DNA of 64,000 bases from an uncultured delta proteobacterium (GCA_963753975.1 CAVWEH010000004.1:1-64000); one strand, 5' to 3'. Shown: positions 1 to 9,310, numbered from the stretch's first letter. Numbers and translations are program-made. Notes: generated by a model not told the origin, from the letters alone.

Positions 1-283
1 CGGATAAAATAGCTTCCCGGGCAATCCATGTTTTACCGGAGCCCGTGGGCGCGATGACCAGGCAATCGGTTTTCTTTATGGCTTCCAGAGCTCTTATCTG
101 AAACTCGTCGGGAACAAAGGGAGCGGGATGGGGCTTTCCTATTTGCGCCAGCACATTTTTTAAATCCGGAGATATTTCAGGTTTATAATATGCTGAGTAT
201 TCTTTTCTTTTGAATTTATGATGGTTAGCGGAGTGGCGTTTAATTTTAAATGGTCTTTGTTTAAAGATATTTTTCGGCTGCAT
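1..283 (-). CDS. DEAD/DEAH-box (Ski2/HelY-like) helicase, N-terminal part; runs off the window edge
   Basis: Manual minus-strand translation from ATG 283: MQPKNIFKQRPF...FVPDEFQIRALEAIKKTDCLVIAPTGSGKTWIAREAILS, containing a Q-motif-like segment and Walker A APTGSGKT. Not in the ORF track. Confidence 0.85.
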   Translation of the reverse strand, partial: MQPKNIFKQRPFKIKRHSANHHKFKRKEYSAYYKPEISPDLKNVLAQIGKPHPAPFVPDEFQIRALEAIKKTDCLVIAPTGSGKTWIAREAILS

Positions 284-338
284 TATAATTATATTTTACC
301 ACAAACCGCTTTAATGGTAAAGGAAGCGACCTTAGATT

Positions 339-1577
339 ATGTTAAAAAAAGAAAAAATATTTTGGGGTTGGTACATCGTCGCGGGTACTTTTTTCGTGAT
401 GGCGGTCAATTACGGCGCCCGCTATTGTTTTGGTGTTTTCGTCAAACCATTATCGGATGAACTCGGCTGGTCGCGTTCGGTAATTTCCCTGGCCGCAGCG
501 ATCAATATGCTTGTTTATTCCACAGGATCCATTTTCGTCGGCCGCCTGCTGGATCGAATCGCTCCCTGCTGGATTATGACCAGCGGAGCCGTAATTGCTG
601 CGGCAGGATATATTTTAACCGGTTTTATCAACACCCCTCTTAATTTATATCTTACCTATGGTTTGCTCGTCGGTTTGGGCGCGGCCGGAATGGGCGTTGT
701 TGCCTGTAGTTCATCGGTCGGCAAATGGTTCATTAAAATGCGCGGCCTTGCTCTCGGCATTGCCACCATGGGTATAAGTTTTGGGACTATGACTCTTACA
801 CCTCTGGCGGGTTATCTTAGTGAATATTTCAGTTGGAGAATAGGCCTGCTTGTATTAGGAATCATTACATTCATTGTTGGAATCGCCGTCTCTCAAACAT
901 TGATGCACAAGACGCGGCCGGAAGCATATGGTCTTCTTCCCGATGGAGACAAAATAACCCTGCCTGTGCAATCATCAAACGTACCGACAATCAACGGAGT
1001 TTCCCCGGCAGTTATTTTTCGCGATATAAGATTTTGGACAATTGCCATCAGTCATGCATTGATAATTATGGTGATAATGTCCGTATTTGTTCATCAGGTT
1101 GCCTATGCAATAGACAATAATATAGGCAGCATTTCCGCGGCAACTTCTCTCGCCGTGGTCAGCGTGAGTGGGTTCTTCGGCCAATTTTTCTTCGGTTGGC
1201 TTTCCGACCGTTTGCGAGATCCGAAATACGCTTATTTTCTAGGTATATTATTTCTGCTCAGCGGCATGATTCTGCTTTTTTATGCTCATCGTGTCAGCAT
1301 TCTCTATCTTTACGCAGTTATTTACGGTTTCGGCTACGGTTGTCTTGCCCCCATTTTGCCGATAATTGTCGCCGACCGTTTCGGCCGACATTTTTTGGGA
1401 TCGGTTTACGGCCTGCTTACTTTTTTTATCGGTGTCGGAGGAAGCATAGGTCCTATTTTGGGTGGTATTATTTACGATAAACTTGGATCATATCAATATC
1501 TGTGGGAAATTAACGTTGCGCATATTGGCAGCAATATCAATAATTATTCTGAACTTAAAAAAAGGCAACCAATTTAA
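339..1577 (+). CDS. MFS transporter (OFA/monocarboxylate porter-like); last TM helix probably frameshifted
   Basis: About 12 hydrophobic segments, MFS motif GRLLDRIAP and its repeat GWLSDRLRD; N-terminus FWGWYIVA is typical of this group. Confidence 0.9.
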   Translation: MLKKEKIFWGWYIVAGTFFVMAVNYGARYCFGVFVKPLSDELGWSRSVISLAAAINMLVYSTGSIFVGRLLDRIAPCWIMTSGAVIAAAGYILTGFINTPLNLYLTYGLLVGLGAAGMGVVACSSSVGKWFIKMRGLALGIATMGISFGTMTLTPLAGYLSEYFSWRIGLLVLGIITFIVGIAVSQTLMHKTRPEAYGLLPDGDKITLPVQSSNVPTINGVSPAVIFRDIRFWTIAISHALIIMVIMSVFVHQVAYAIDNNIGSISAATSLAVVSVSGFFGQFFFGWLSDRLRDPKYAYFLGILFLLSGMILLFYAHRVSILYLYAVIYGFGYGCLAPILPIIVADRFGRHFLGSVYGLLTFFIGVGGSIGPILGGIIYDKLGSYQYLWEINVAHIGSNINNYSELKKRQPI

Positions 1578-1744
1578 GCCTGGTTCCGGTGATTGAATTC
1601 ATTATTCGTTTTTTTAAAGCATTGAACGTTTCTTTCAACATTTATGTGCACGACAAACTTGTTTATCAAGAAACGTTTCAAGAGAATATGCTATTTTTCA
1701 TTTAAATATTAAATACTTAAAAAATATATCATCTAGAACACTTT

Positions 1745-1761
1745 TTGGCACGCTTATTTCA
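1745..1761 (+). promoter_or_regulatory. Candidate sigma54 (-24/-12) promoter
   Basis: TTGGCAC-GCTTA-TTTCA versus consensus TGGCAC-N5-TTGC (one mismatch at -12); about 50 nt upstream of an ORF with an AAGGAGG RBS. Confidence 0.5.
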
Positions 1762-1811
1762 TAATCATAATTGAAAAGAATATTTTTAAAGCAGTTTATT
1801 AAGGAGGATTA

Positions 1812-2093
1812 GTGGTTATGAAAAAGATGATGCAAACAATACTTTTAGTGGCTTTCGTAATTTTGACGACAGCGTCTTTTAGCTATGCCCAATTCAGCGT
1901 TACCGGAAACGACAGTTTCCCCTTTTTCCACCTGGGCTGTTTAATTATCGGCGGACTGATTATTGTTTCGCTAAAAAGAAAATATACCCGATTATACCTG
2001 AGCGAAGCTATTGGATCATTTGCCCTATATACTGTACTGGTTGCTCTTTTTACCGCCCCAGTTGTAGACGCTTTGAAAACCTTAATTAATTAA
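1812..2093 (+). CDS. Small membrane protein: signal peptide (SYA|Q) plus two TM helices, function unknown
   Basis: Strong RBS AAGGAGG at 1801-1807, signal-peptide-like N-terminus, own terminator. Confidence 0.8.
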   Translation: MVMKKMMQTILLVAFVILTTASFSYAQFSVTGNDSFPFFHLGCLIIGGLIIVSLKRKYTRLYLSEAIGSFALYTVLVALFTAPVVDALKTLIN

Positions 2094-2119
2094 CCCTTCT
2101 CTTTCTAAGCTATAACCGT

Positions 2120-2152
2120 AAAAACCCCGTGCGACCTCTGGCGGGGTTTTTT
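2120..2152 (+). terminator. Rho-independent terminator, probably bidirectional
   Basis: AAAAACCCCG...CGGGGTTTTTT between convergent genes. Confidence 0.8.
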
Positions 2153-2205
2153 ATTGTTTAAGATGCTTTATTAGCAGAACCCGCATAAATAGGTTAAGGC
2201 ATTGA

Positions 2206-3555
2206 TTACGCGATTTTCTTGGACCTTCTCCAAATCCCCAGTTTTTTCGCCGCCGCTACAAGTTCATCCCGATAGTCGGGATGAGCGATGGAAATAAGAA
2301 GTTCTGCTCTCTGCCATTCCGACTTGCCCTTCAAGATAACTTTTCCATATTCGGTAACAAGATAATGAACTACCGGCCGGGGCGTAGTCACAACAGCCCC
2401 GGGAGTAAGGGTCGGAACAATGCGGGAACTGCGTTTGCCTTTATTGTCATACGTAGAGGTCAGGGCGAGAAATCCCTTGCCGTTTTTCGAATAGAAAGTG
2501 CCATAGGCAAACTCCAGTTGTCCGCCGGAACCGGAAATCATGCGTGTCCCAATGCTTTCCGAACACACCTGCCCGGTCAGGTCTACCTCAACCGCATTAT
2601 TGATCGAAACGACATTGTCGTTGGCCATGATGTTTCGGGGATGATTGGTGAATGATACGGGAACACTCGCCAGAGCCTGATTTTCATCGATGAACTCCCA
2701 AAATTTCTTCGAACCTAAGGCAAAAGCATAGGCAATTTTCCCGGGCAGAAGTGTCTTTTTCCGGCCGGTGATTTTACCGGCCAAAAACATGTTCATCATG
2801 GATTCATTCATCATTTCCGTATGTATGCCCAAATCTTTCAGATCCGATTGGACAATCATCTCGCCAACGGCCTGAGGCAAACCGCCGATTCCCAGCTGAA
2901 GACAGGCGCCATCCTGTATCTCCTCCATAATCAATGCCGCAATCTTCTTGTCTTCGGGTGTCAGGCGGAGTGGTTTGATATCCTCCAGGGGATTATCCGC
3001 TCGTGGATCCTCAACGATCATATCCACTTCGGAAATATGGATAGCTTCGTCAAATCCTCCCAGGGCTTTCGGCATAGAGGGATTGATTTCGACGATAACT
3101 TTTCGCGCGACACCGCACAGGGCTTTCAGAAAAGTATTGTTCGGCCCGAAGTTAAAGAAACCATGTTTATCCATGGGGCAAACGCTGAGCATGGCCACAT
3201 CCACCGTGCTGTATCCCTTCTCAAACCAGGATGCGCCCTGGCCGAAATGAGAGGGAATGTAATAACAAATACCGTCATCGTGCAGGCGACGTTCCGGCGC
3301 CGTCATATGTCCCGAGTTGTAACGAAAATGTGTTGTTGTTGGATCCGCCTCCACGGTGTAAAATTTCCGCATGCATGTGGAGCAATTTATATTAACCTCG
3401 AATAGTTCATGCTTACGTTTTGCCAGTTCCATATCCAGGGCGGTCGGTTTGGAAAAAGAATAGCCATAACGCACCCAGTCCCCGGACTTTACAACCCGGA
3501 CAGCATCCTGCGCTTTTTGGAGTTTGTTTTTGTATTCGGAAATTACCGTATTCAA
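2206..3555 (-). CDS. Acetyl-CoA hydrolase/transferase family (4-hydroxybutyrate/butyryl-CoA:acetate CoA-transferase-like)
   Basis: Motifs LQLGIGG, DLGIHTEM, EVDLTGQVCSES, ISGSGGQLEF, VTEYG. TTG start at 3555 follows an AGGAG RBS (track start 3609). Confidence 0.92.
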   Translation of the reverse strand: MNTVISEYKNKLQKAQDAVRVVKSGDWVRYGYSFSKPTALDMELAKRKHELFEVNINCSTCMRKFYTVEADPTTTHFRYNSGHMTAPERRLHDDGICYYIPSHFGQGASWFEKGYSTVDVAMLSVCPMDKHGFFNFGPNNTFLKALCGVARKVIVEINPSMPKALGGFDEAIHISEVDMIVEDPRADNPLEDIKPLRLTPEDKKIAALIMEEIQDGACLQLGIGGLPQAVGEMIVQSDLKDLGIHTEMMNESMMNMFLAGKITGRKKTLLPGKIAYAFALGSKKFWEFIDENQALASVPVSFTNHPRNIMANDNVVSINNAVEVDLTGQVCSESIGTRMISGSGGQLEFAYGTFYSKNGKGFLALTSTYDNKGKRSSRIVPTLTPGAVVTTPRPVVHYLVTEYGKVILKGKSEWQRAELLISIAHPDYRDELVAAAKKLGIWRRSKKIA

Positions 3556-3605
3556 TTTTCTCTCCTTTTGTCTCTTTGTTCCCACAACCGCGCGCCTATT
3601 CATAT

Positions 3606-4124
3606 TCATAAGCTTTCAGCGACAAGCTTCGATAAACGTCGTGATAACGATCCCGAAAGTATCTGCAACAATTCGCTCCCCATATCAGGTGAGAATCGGC
3701 CGGCATAAGCATCGCCATTATTCCAGCTTCCCACTATCTCTTTTTTGAATTCGAAGGGAACCACTGCCAGTGATCTGATGAAATATTTGTTATTCGGAGG
3801 CAGCAACTTATAGAAGGGCTGCAAGTTTTCATTAATCAGGACCGGTCGTCTCCCGGGGATAATCGAACGAAAGTACTCCTCTGTCACAATGCTCATCCTG
3901 TCTCGCAAGACGGGAGAAGATTCTATTACGGCAATAAGCGGCGCGGCACTCTCCGTATCCATTAAAGTAAGCCAGACAAAGGGGACTGCGAATTCTCTTT
4001 CTATTCCGGCAAATAGAGTTTCGAAAAGGCCGGCGACATCCTCTGCCTCATCGAGCAGCGTTGCGACTTTCCTGAATCGAACGGCAATGTCTTGATTCGT
4101 GTTTCTGACATCTCCTCTTTTCAT
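3606..4124 (-). CDS. DUF484-like / stand-alone GAF-domain protein
   Basis: IRSLAVVPF..IVGSWNNGD..RFSPDMGSELL resembles the DUF484/GAF C-terminus. Confidence 0.65.
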   Translation of the reverse strand: MKRGDVRNTNQDIAVRFRKVATLLDEAEDVAGLFETLFAGIEREFAVPFVWLTLMDTESAAPLIAVIESSPVLRDRMSIVTEEYFRSIIPGRRPVLINENLQPFYKLLPPNNKYFIRSLAVVPFEFKKEIVGSWNNGDAYAGRFSPDMGSELLQILSGSLSRRLSKLVAESL

Positions 4125-4129
4125 TGGCT

Positions 4130-4903
4130 TTATCCTTTCCACTCGGCATAAATAATTACATGATCGGACGGCTTTTCGGCAAGTCTTGAGGCTAAATCAA
4201 TGGTGCAACTTTTGGACTTCATAGCGAGTGATTTTGTCGCCAGAATATGATCAACGCGCCAGCCCAGCTTTCTGCTTACGGAATCCCGGACACGATAATC
4301 GAAAAAAGTATACTGGCCGGCGACACCCGGATGATGCCTGCGGAATATGTCAACAAAGCCCCACGCCTTAACTTCTTCGTATGCTTTCCAGACTTCCGGA
4401 TTAAAACAAACATGCCCTAATATTTTTTTGGGGTCGTGTACATCTATATCCTCCGGCGCGACGTTAAGATCGCCGCACCAGATGATGGCATTTTGCGGCT
4501 GAAAATGCTTTTCCAGATATTTTTTCAAACGTCCAAACCACGCCAGTTTGTAAGTGAACTGCGGGCTTTCTCTTTCCTGACCTTGTGGAACATAGGTGTT
4601 TATTATCGTCAGGTCAGTATATGTCGCAACAATTAAACGGTCGGGATCGGCAGGCTCACTATCAAAGCCAAATACTACTTTTTGCGGCCTTTGCTTCGAG
4701 GCAATGGCCACACCGCTATACTGTTTATTACCTTTGAAAACTATCTGGTAACCCAACGCTTCCAATTCGGCCGCGGGAAATTTAGCGTCGCTAACTTTTG
4801 TTTCCTGCATACAAAAATAATCGGGATTGTTTTTCTCAAGCCAGGGCAAAACGAGATGCAGGCGTGAGCGTATAGAATTTACGTTATAACTGGCAATCTT
4901 CAA
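4130..4903 (-). CDS. xth: Exodeoxyribonuclease III
   Basis: [39 protein letters not shown]. Confidence 0.96.
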   Translation of the reverse strand: MKIASYNVNSIRSRLHLVLPWLEKNNPDYFCMQETKVSDAKFPAAELEALGYQIVFKGNKQYSGVAIASKQRPQKVVFGFDSEPADPDRLIVATYTDLTIINTYVPQGQERESPQFTYKLAWFGRLKKYLEKHFQPQNAIIWCGDLNVAPEDIDVHDPKKILGHVCFNPEVWKAYEEVKAWGFVDIFRRHHPGVAGQYTFFDYRVRDSVSRKLGWRVDHILATKSLAMKSKSCTIDLASRLAEKPSDHVIIYAEWKG

Positions 4904-5007
4904 GTCAGGTTGTGCCTTTCGTTAATTGCTATCACGCTTAATATCACGACTGGCGCTTGCGCTCAAGATTTTTTGCTACAATTAAAAAAATCGTGTATAA
5001 AAAAGTG

Positions 5008-6117
5008 ATGGAAAAAGTGGACGTAACCGTAATTGGAGCGGGTGTAATCGGTCTGGCTATCGCGGCCGAAATCGCTAAGCCGGGTTTAAATGTATATATT
5101 TTGGAAAAAAATGCTAATCATGGTGGAGGAATTAGTTCCCGTAACAGTGAAGTAATCCACGGAGGGATGTATTATCCCGAAGGATCGCTCAAGGCAATAC
5201 TTTGCGTTGCTGGACGTCAAATGCTCTATGACATTGCCGCCAAATTCAAAATCCCCCATGAAAAAACCGGCAAACTCATCGTAGCGATAAACTCAGGAGA
5301 AATCGAAGAACTGGAAAGACTGTACGACAATGGCCTGAAAAATGGTGTCACTTCGCTGTCGATGATCGACAAAAGGGAAATTGCCCGCATGGAACCAAAT
5401 ATACGTGCTGACGCTGCTCTTTACTCCCCCGCAACGGGTATTATCAGCACCCATGATTTGATGAATTACTATCTAGCTTGCGCGCTAAGCAGGAAGGCGT
5501 CGATTGTTTATCACACAAAAGTTGTACAAATAGAAAAGGAAGCCGGCGGTTACCGTCTTTTTACGTACACCGAAAAAGGCAAGAGCTTTGAATTCAATTC
5601 CGCCATTGTAATTAATGCCGCCGGACTGGAATCCGATTCTATAGCTAATATGATAGGACACAACTACCATCTGTATTATTGCAAAGGCAATTATTGCGGC
5701 ATATCAGGAGTTAAACAGGGAATTGTGCAACGGTTAGTATATCCGGTACCGGACAAGAAACACATCGGTTTGGGCATTCATCTTACTATCGATTTAAATG
5801 GAAGATTAAAGCTTGGCCCCGATACCAGTTATATTCCCCGCGTCGAAAATTATAATGTGGAGGCTGAAATAACTGACCGTTTCTATCAGAGCGCCAGAAA
5901 ATTTCTGCCTTTCTTAAAAGAAGAAAATGTTAGTCCAGATATGGCTGGTATCCGCCCTAAATTGCAGGGACCTAATGATGATTTTTGCGATTTTGTCATT
6001 AAAGAAGATTTTCCCGGCTTTATCAATCTTGTCGGCATCGAGTCACCGGGCTTAACCGCTTCACCCGCTATTGCCAGATATGTAAAAAAAATATTAGACG
6101 GAAAAACTGAATTATAA
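5008..6117 (+). CDS. FAD-dependent oxidoreductase, LhgO/L-2-hydroxyglutarate oxidase family
   Basis: VIGAGVIG, SSRNSEVIHGG, AGIRPKL, GIESPGLTASPAIA. Confidence 0.88.
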   Translation: MEKVDVTVIGAGVIGLAIAAEIAKPGLNVYILEKNANHGGGISSRNSEVIHGGMYYPEGSLKAILCVAGRQMLYDIAAKFKIPHEKTGKLIVAINSGEIEELERLYDNGLKNGVTSLSMIDKREIARMEPNIRADAALYSPATGIISTHDLMNYYLACALSRKASIVYHTKVVQIEKEAGGYRLFTYTEKGKSFEFNSAIVINAAGLESDSIANMIGHNYHLYYCKGNYCGISGVKQGIVQRLVYPVPDKKHIGLGIHLTIDLNGRLKLGPDTSYIPRVENYNVEAEITDRFYQSARKFLPFLKEENVSPDMAGIRPKLQGPNDDFCDFVIKEDFPGFINLVGIESPGLTASPAIARYVKKILDGKTEL

Positions 6118-6127
6118 ATAACCGTGA

Positions 6128-6984
6128 CTATAATAAATTTAATTCTTTCCTTAATTTTTTTAAACCTATTTTGAGCGATGGCCATAACCAAAGAAGGAGA
6201 CAAACGATCCAGCCACCAGACTAACTTCCACTGCCAGGGTTCAATAATTATCGCTTTATTTTTCGCAATGGCATCTAGCGCCTTGCGGGCGAATATATCC
6301 GGAGACATGGGTTTAAATTCTTCCCACATCGCGCGCACTTTTTCGACGGAAATGTCCATCAATATTTTGCCGTACTTCCCTCCTTCCAAAATAGGCGTAC
6401 GAATAACACCGGGACACAGCACACTGACGCGTATTCCCCTAGCGGCCGCTTCCGCGCGCAGTGATTTGGAAAGTCCGACCACGGCATGCTTGGTTGTCGC
6501 GTAAGCTACACCCAGCGGGTTCGGCATAAGTCCCGCCATGGAGGAAGTATTGACAATGTGCCCGAAGCCTTGCTCAATCATGATTTTGTAGGACGCCTGA
6601 ATTCCGTTGACAACACCGCGGAGATTGGTATCGACAATTTTGTTCCAGTCGGAAATAGTGTAATGGTCGGCGGTACAGGCGATTGCTATTCCCGCGTTGT
6701 TGAACATGTAATCCAGCCTGCCACTGCATTCAATCGTTTCCCGGACCAGCCGCTCCAGCGCCGGAAAATCAGTCACATCCACCCGGACAGCTTTTGCTCT
6801 CCCGCCGGAAGCCTGAATCTGGAAGACGATATCCTGCGCCTCTTCCAGCTGAAGATCAGCCAATACCACTTCAGCAGCCGCGCCCGGCCAATTCGAAGGC
6901 CAAGGCTCGGCCAATGCCCGATGCTCCACCGGTAATAATCGCTATGGCACCATTAAAAATACGAATCGCCTTCTTTGATTCCAT
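6128..6984 (-). CDS. SDR family oxidoreductase with apparent frameshifts near both ends
   Basis: ATG 6984 (RBS GGAGGAG) gives MESKKAIRIFNGAIAIITGGASGIGRALAFELAGRG, then shifts into the track frame with NNAG and YATTK. Removing one A near 6147 gives KEELNLL* ending at 6128. Confidence 0.85.
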
Positions 6985-7038
6985 TGTGCTCCTCCAAAAC
7001 GTTTGCGCTGCAATATAATCTTAAATTATTGCAAACAC

Positions 7039-7157
7039 AAGTGGAGGCTTCTCCGGCAGGAGCCGAAGGCTCACTAAAACAACACGACCTCCCGGGTCAC
7101 AGATCTTTCTTCCCCGGTCGGAACCGTAGATTTCAAGTCGCGGGATTAATTATTTCC
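7039..7157. ncRNA. Candidate structured non-coding element, copy A (short form)
   Basis: Three colinear blocks shared with 51092-51325; hairpins GAGCC-GAA-GGCTC and GACC-TCCCG-GGTC. Family not recognised. Confidence 0.5.
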
Positions 7158-7203
7158 CCCATCACTGGAAAATGGCTTTCATTAATCCCCATTCTCCTGG
7201 TTA

Positions 7204-7306
7204 TACCATTTCGATTTCAAAGGATAACGAGGCAGCGAGGAGGAGGCGCCGGAGGCGTATTGTACATACGTTGAAGAAGCCGACGACGATGCCAACAAAG
7301 TTAGCC
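7204..7306. mobile_element. MITE-like structured repeat, family 1, copy 1 (right end missing or diverged)
   Basis: Core GGAGGAGGCG..GAGGCGTATTGTACATACGTTGA.GAAGCCGACGACG.TGC.AACAAAG shared with 17383-17505; same left end TTA|TACCATTT. Confidence 0.75.
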
Positions 7307-7418
7307 AAAGACCGGGGGCGCATCCGGGAAGCGCATCGCAAATAGGTTTTTTTCCTTACCGGTAATTACCGCCTGCAAGGTGGTAAATTACAAACGAATT
7401 GGTATCAATACAATTTCG

Positions 7419-7447
7419 TTGACATGGACATGGCCATGCCTTATAAC
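7419..7447 (+). promoter_or_regulatory. sigma70 promoter of livK
   Basis: TTGACA-17 nt-TATAAC, 40 nt upstream of ATG 7488. Confidence 0.7.
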
Positions 7448-7487
7448 CACCGCTATAATATTACATAAAGAGCAGGAGATAACTTTT

Positions 7488-8654
7488 ATGAGAAAATTAT
7501 ATATCCTTTTTACGGCATTATCATTTTTTGCTTTTTTAATTTTCGGCTGTAGCAGTAATGATTCCTCTAAAATCAAAATAGGCCTTATTGCGGAATTGAC
7601 CGGCGATATTCCGGCCGTTGGCGCTTCCTGTAAAAACGCGGCGGAAATGGCTGTTGCCGAAATCAATGAGGCCGGAGGCATCCAGCTTGGAGAAAAAAAA
7701 TATAAAGTCGATTTAATCATTGAAGATAATGCCGGTAAAGCGGATCAAGCTGCGTCATCGGCGCAAAAGCTGATTACACAGAAAAATGTGGTAGCAATAG
7801 TGGGGCCTAATGCCAGCCGTTATGTCTTGCCTGCCGCGGAAATTGCCGAATCGAGCAAAGTTGTCCTCATTACACCATGGTCAACAGCGCCAAAAGCTAC
7901 ACTGGATTCCAAAACCGGTGCGCCAAAAAAATATGTCTTTCGTTCCTGTTTCACTGATCCCTTTCAGGGACGTGTTTTAGCCAAGTTCACTCTGGACAAT
8001 CTTAAATTAAAGAAAGCAGCTGTGCTCTACGATGTTGCTTCGGAATACAATAAAGGCATTGCTGAAATTTTCAAAGAAGTCTACGAGCAAAACGGCGGCA
8101 AAGTAGTTGCTTTTGAAACTTACACCACCAATGATAAGGACTTTTCCTCACAGTTGACAAAAATAAAGAGGGCCGCGCCCCAAATAATATTTCTCCCCAA
8201 CTATTACAGCGAAGTGCCGCTGCAAATCCAGCAGGCCAAGCGTTTAGGCATCAAAGTTCCTTTTATCGGTAGTGATTCGTGGGGCAGCGAGGAATTATTA
8301 AAACTCTGCGGCAATGACTGCAACGGTTTCTATTTCAGCACACACTATGCGGCCGACGCTTCCGCAGAAGTTACTAAAAAATTCATTGAAAGTTATAAAG
8401 CCAAATATGGCAACACGCCCGATGATGTTGCCGCGCTGACTTATGATTCCTTCGGCCTGCTCTGGCAGGCACTGAAAAGCGCAGGCAAAAATGACCGCCA
8501 GGCCGTCCGCGACGCTCTGGCTAAAATCCCAAAATACGAAGGCGTGACCGGAACGATGCAGTTTCAAGAAGCTTCCGGCGATCCAATCAAGAGTGCCGTC
8601 ATTCTGAAGATAAAAGATGGAAAGTTTGTATGGTTTGCCAATGCCAAACCGTAA
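7488..8654 (+). CDS. livK: Branched-chain amino acid ABC transporter substrate-binding lipoprotein
   Basis: Lipobox IFGC, IKIGLIAELTG, YVFRSCFTDPFQG, DFSSQLTKIK; upstream of livHMGF; AGGAG RBS. Confidence 0.92.
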   Translation: MRKLYILFTALSFFAFLIFGCSSNDSSKIKIGLIAELTGDIPAVGASCKNAAEMAVAEINEAGGIQLGEKKYKVDLIIEDNAGKADQAASSAQKLITQKNVVAIVGPNASRYVLPAAEIAESSKVVLITPWSTAPKATLDSKTGAPKKYVFRSCFTDPFQGRVLAKFTLDNLKLKKAAVLYDVASEYNKGIAEIFKEVYEQNGGKVVAFETYTTNDKDFSSQLTKIKRAAPQIIFLPNYYSEVPLQIQQAKRLGIKVPFIGSDSWGSEELLKLCGNDCNGFYFSTHYAADASAEVTKKFIESYKAKYGNTPDDVAALTYDSFGLLWQALKSAGKNDRQAVRDALAKIPKYEGVTGTMQFQEASGDPIKSAVILKIKDGKFVWFANAKP

Positions 8655-8770
8655 CGACTTTGTAAAATACCCTAAAGGGCACGCGAGTCCATATGCGGAG
8701 TTTATCCGGCGAATGCCGGATTGCACATTATGATTTGCGCTCCTTGCCTCTGGGACTTTTTATCAAGCCG
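8655..8770. repeat. Degenerate MITE/REP-like palindromic element, family 2
   Basis: Imperfect terminal inverted repeats CGACTTTGTAAAA / TTTTTATCAAGCCG enclosing palindromes TACCCTAAAGGGCA and ATCCGGCGAATGCCGGAT. Confidence 0.5.
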
Positions 8771-8832
8771 CTCCAAAAAGAATATCGAGTGCGGTGTAGC
8801 GTATAATTGGAAAAAAGAAACACTGTTTAATT

Positions 8833-8920
8833 CCCTCTCCCTCTAAGGGAAGGGCAATGGTGAGGGTGAAAAACCAGTAGACCCTTCCCCTTAATCCCTT
8901 TCCACCAGATGCGGAGATAG
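8833..8920. repeat. Pair of REP-like palindromes
   Basis: CCCTCTCCC-TCTAA-GGGAAGGG..GGTGAGGGTG followed by a degenerate inverted partner CCCTTCCCCTTAATCCC. Confidence 0.55.
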
Positions 8921-8949
8921 ATTATTAGAAATTAATTTGGAAGTGAATT

Positions 8950-9195
8950 ATGGGTGAATACTTATTTATCGCTATAGCATTGGTATGGAGCATTCTTTTC
9001 TTCAGAATTATCTTAATTAGCAATAAGGCTGATAAATATATTAAAAAAAAATATCCGGATTTCTGGCATAGTCGTGGAACCCGCATGGCGGGAATAGGTG
9101 GCGGCCCAAGCATGTTCCAATTAGCATCAGAACTTAATGACCCAATAGTTCAAAAATATGAAAAACAATGGATGAAAGCGATAAAAGACGTGTGA
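8950..9195 (+). CDS. AT-rich orphan small membrane protein inserted in the liv operon (possibly truncated)
   Basis: N-terminal TM helix followed by KYIKKKYPDFW; flanked by REP-like hairpins. Confidence 0.5.
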   Translation: MGEYLFIAIALVWSILFFRIILISNKADKYIKKKYPDFWHSRGTRMAGIGGGPSMFQLASELNDPIVQKYEKQWMKAIKDV

Positions 9196-9310
9196 GGATT
9201 GCGGTATTAATTCAGTGCTAATAGGTGGATTGACATATATGTATTTTCTGACATAGACACGCTCAAAAAGGATTGATGGTGTGGTCAAAAATAAATCTAT
9301 TGAACATTTA

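Noticed and set aside
5886..6127. Long antisense overlap of the SDR with the FAD oxidoreductase
   Set aside because: Explained by a one-base insertion that removes the natural stop.
6870..6876. In-frame TGA in the SDR as selenocysteine (selB is in the window)
   Set aside because: Homology continues in a different frame, so it is a frameshift and not read-through.
7039..7160. Element A as tmRNA or tRNA-Sec (minus strand GGGGG...CCTCCAC; GA-TTTCAAG-TC loop)
   Set aside because: No T-arm GGTTCGA stem, no CCA end, no cloverleaf or tag ORF; copy B does not keep the anticodon-like loop.
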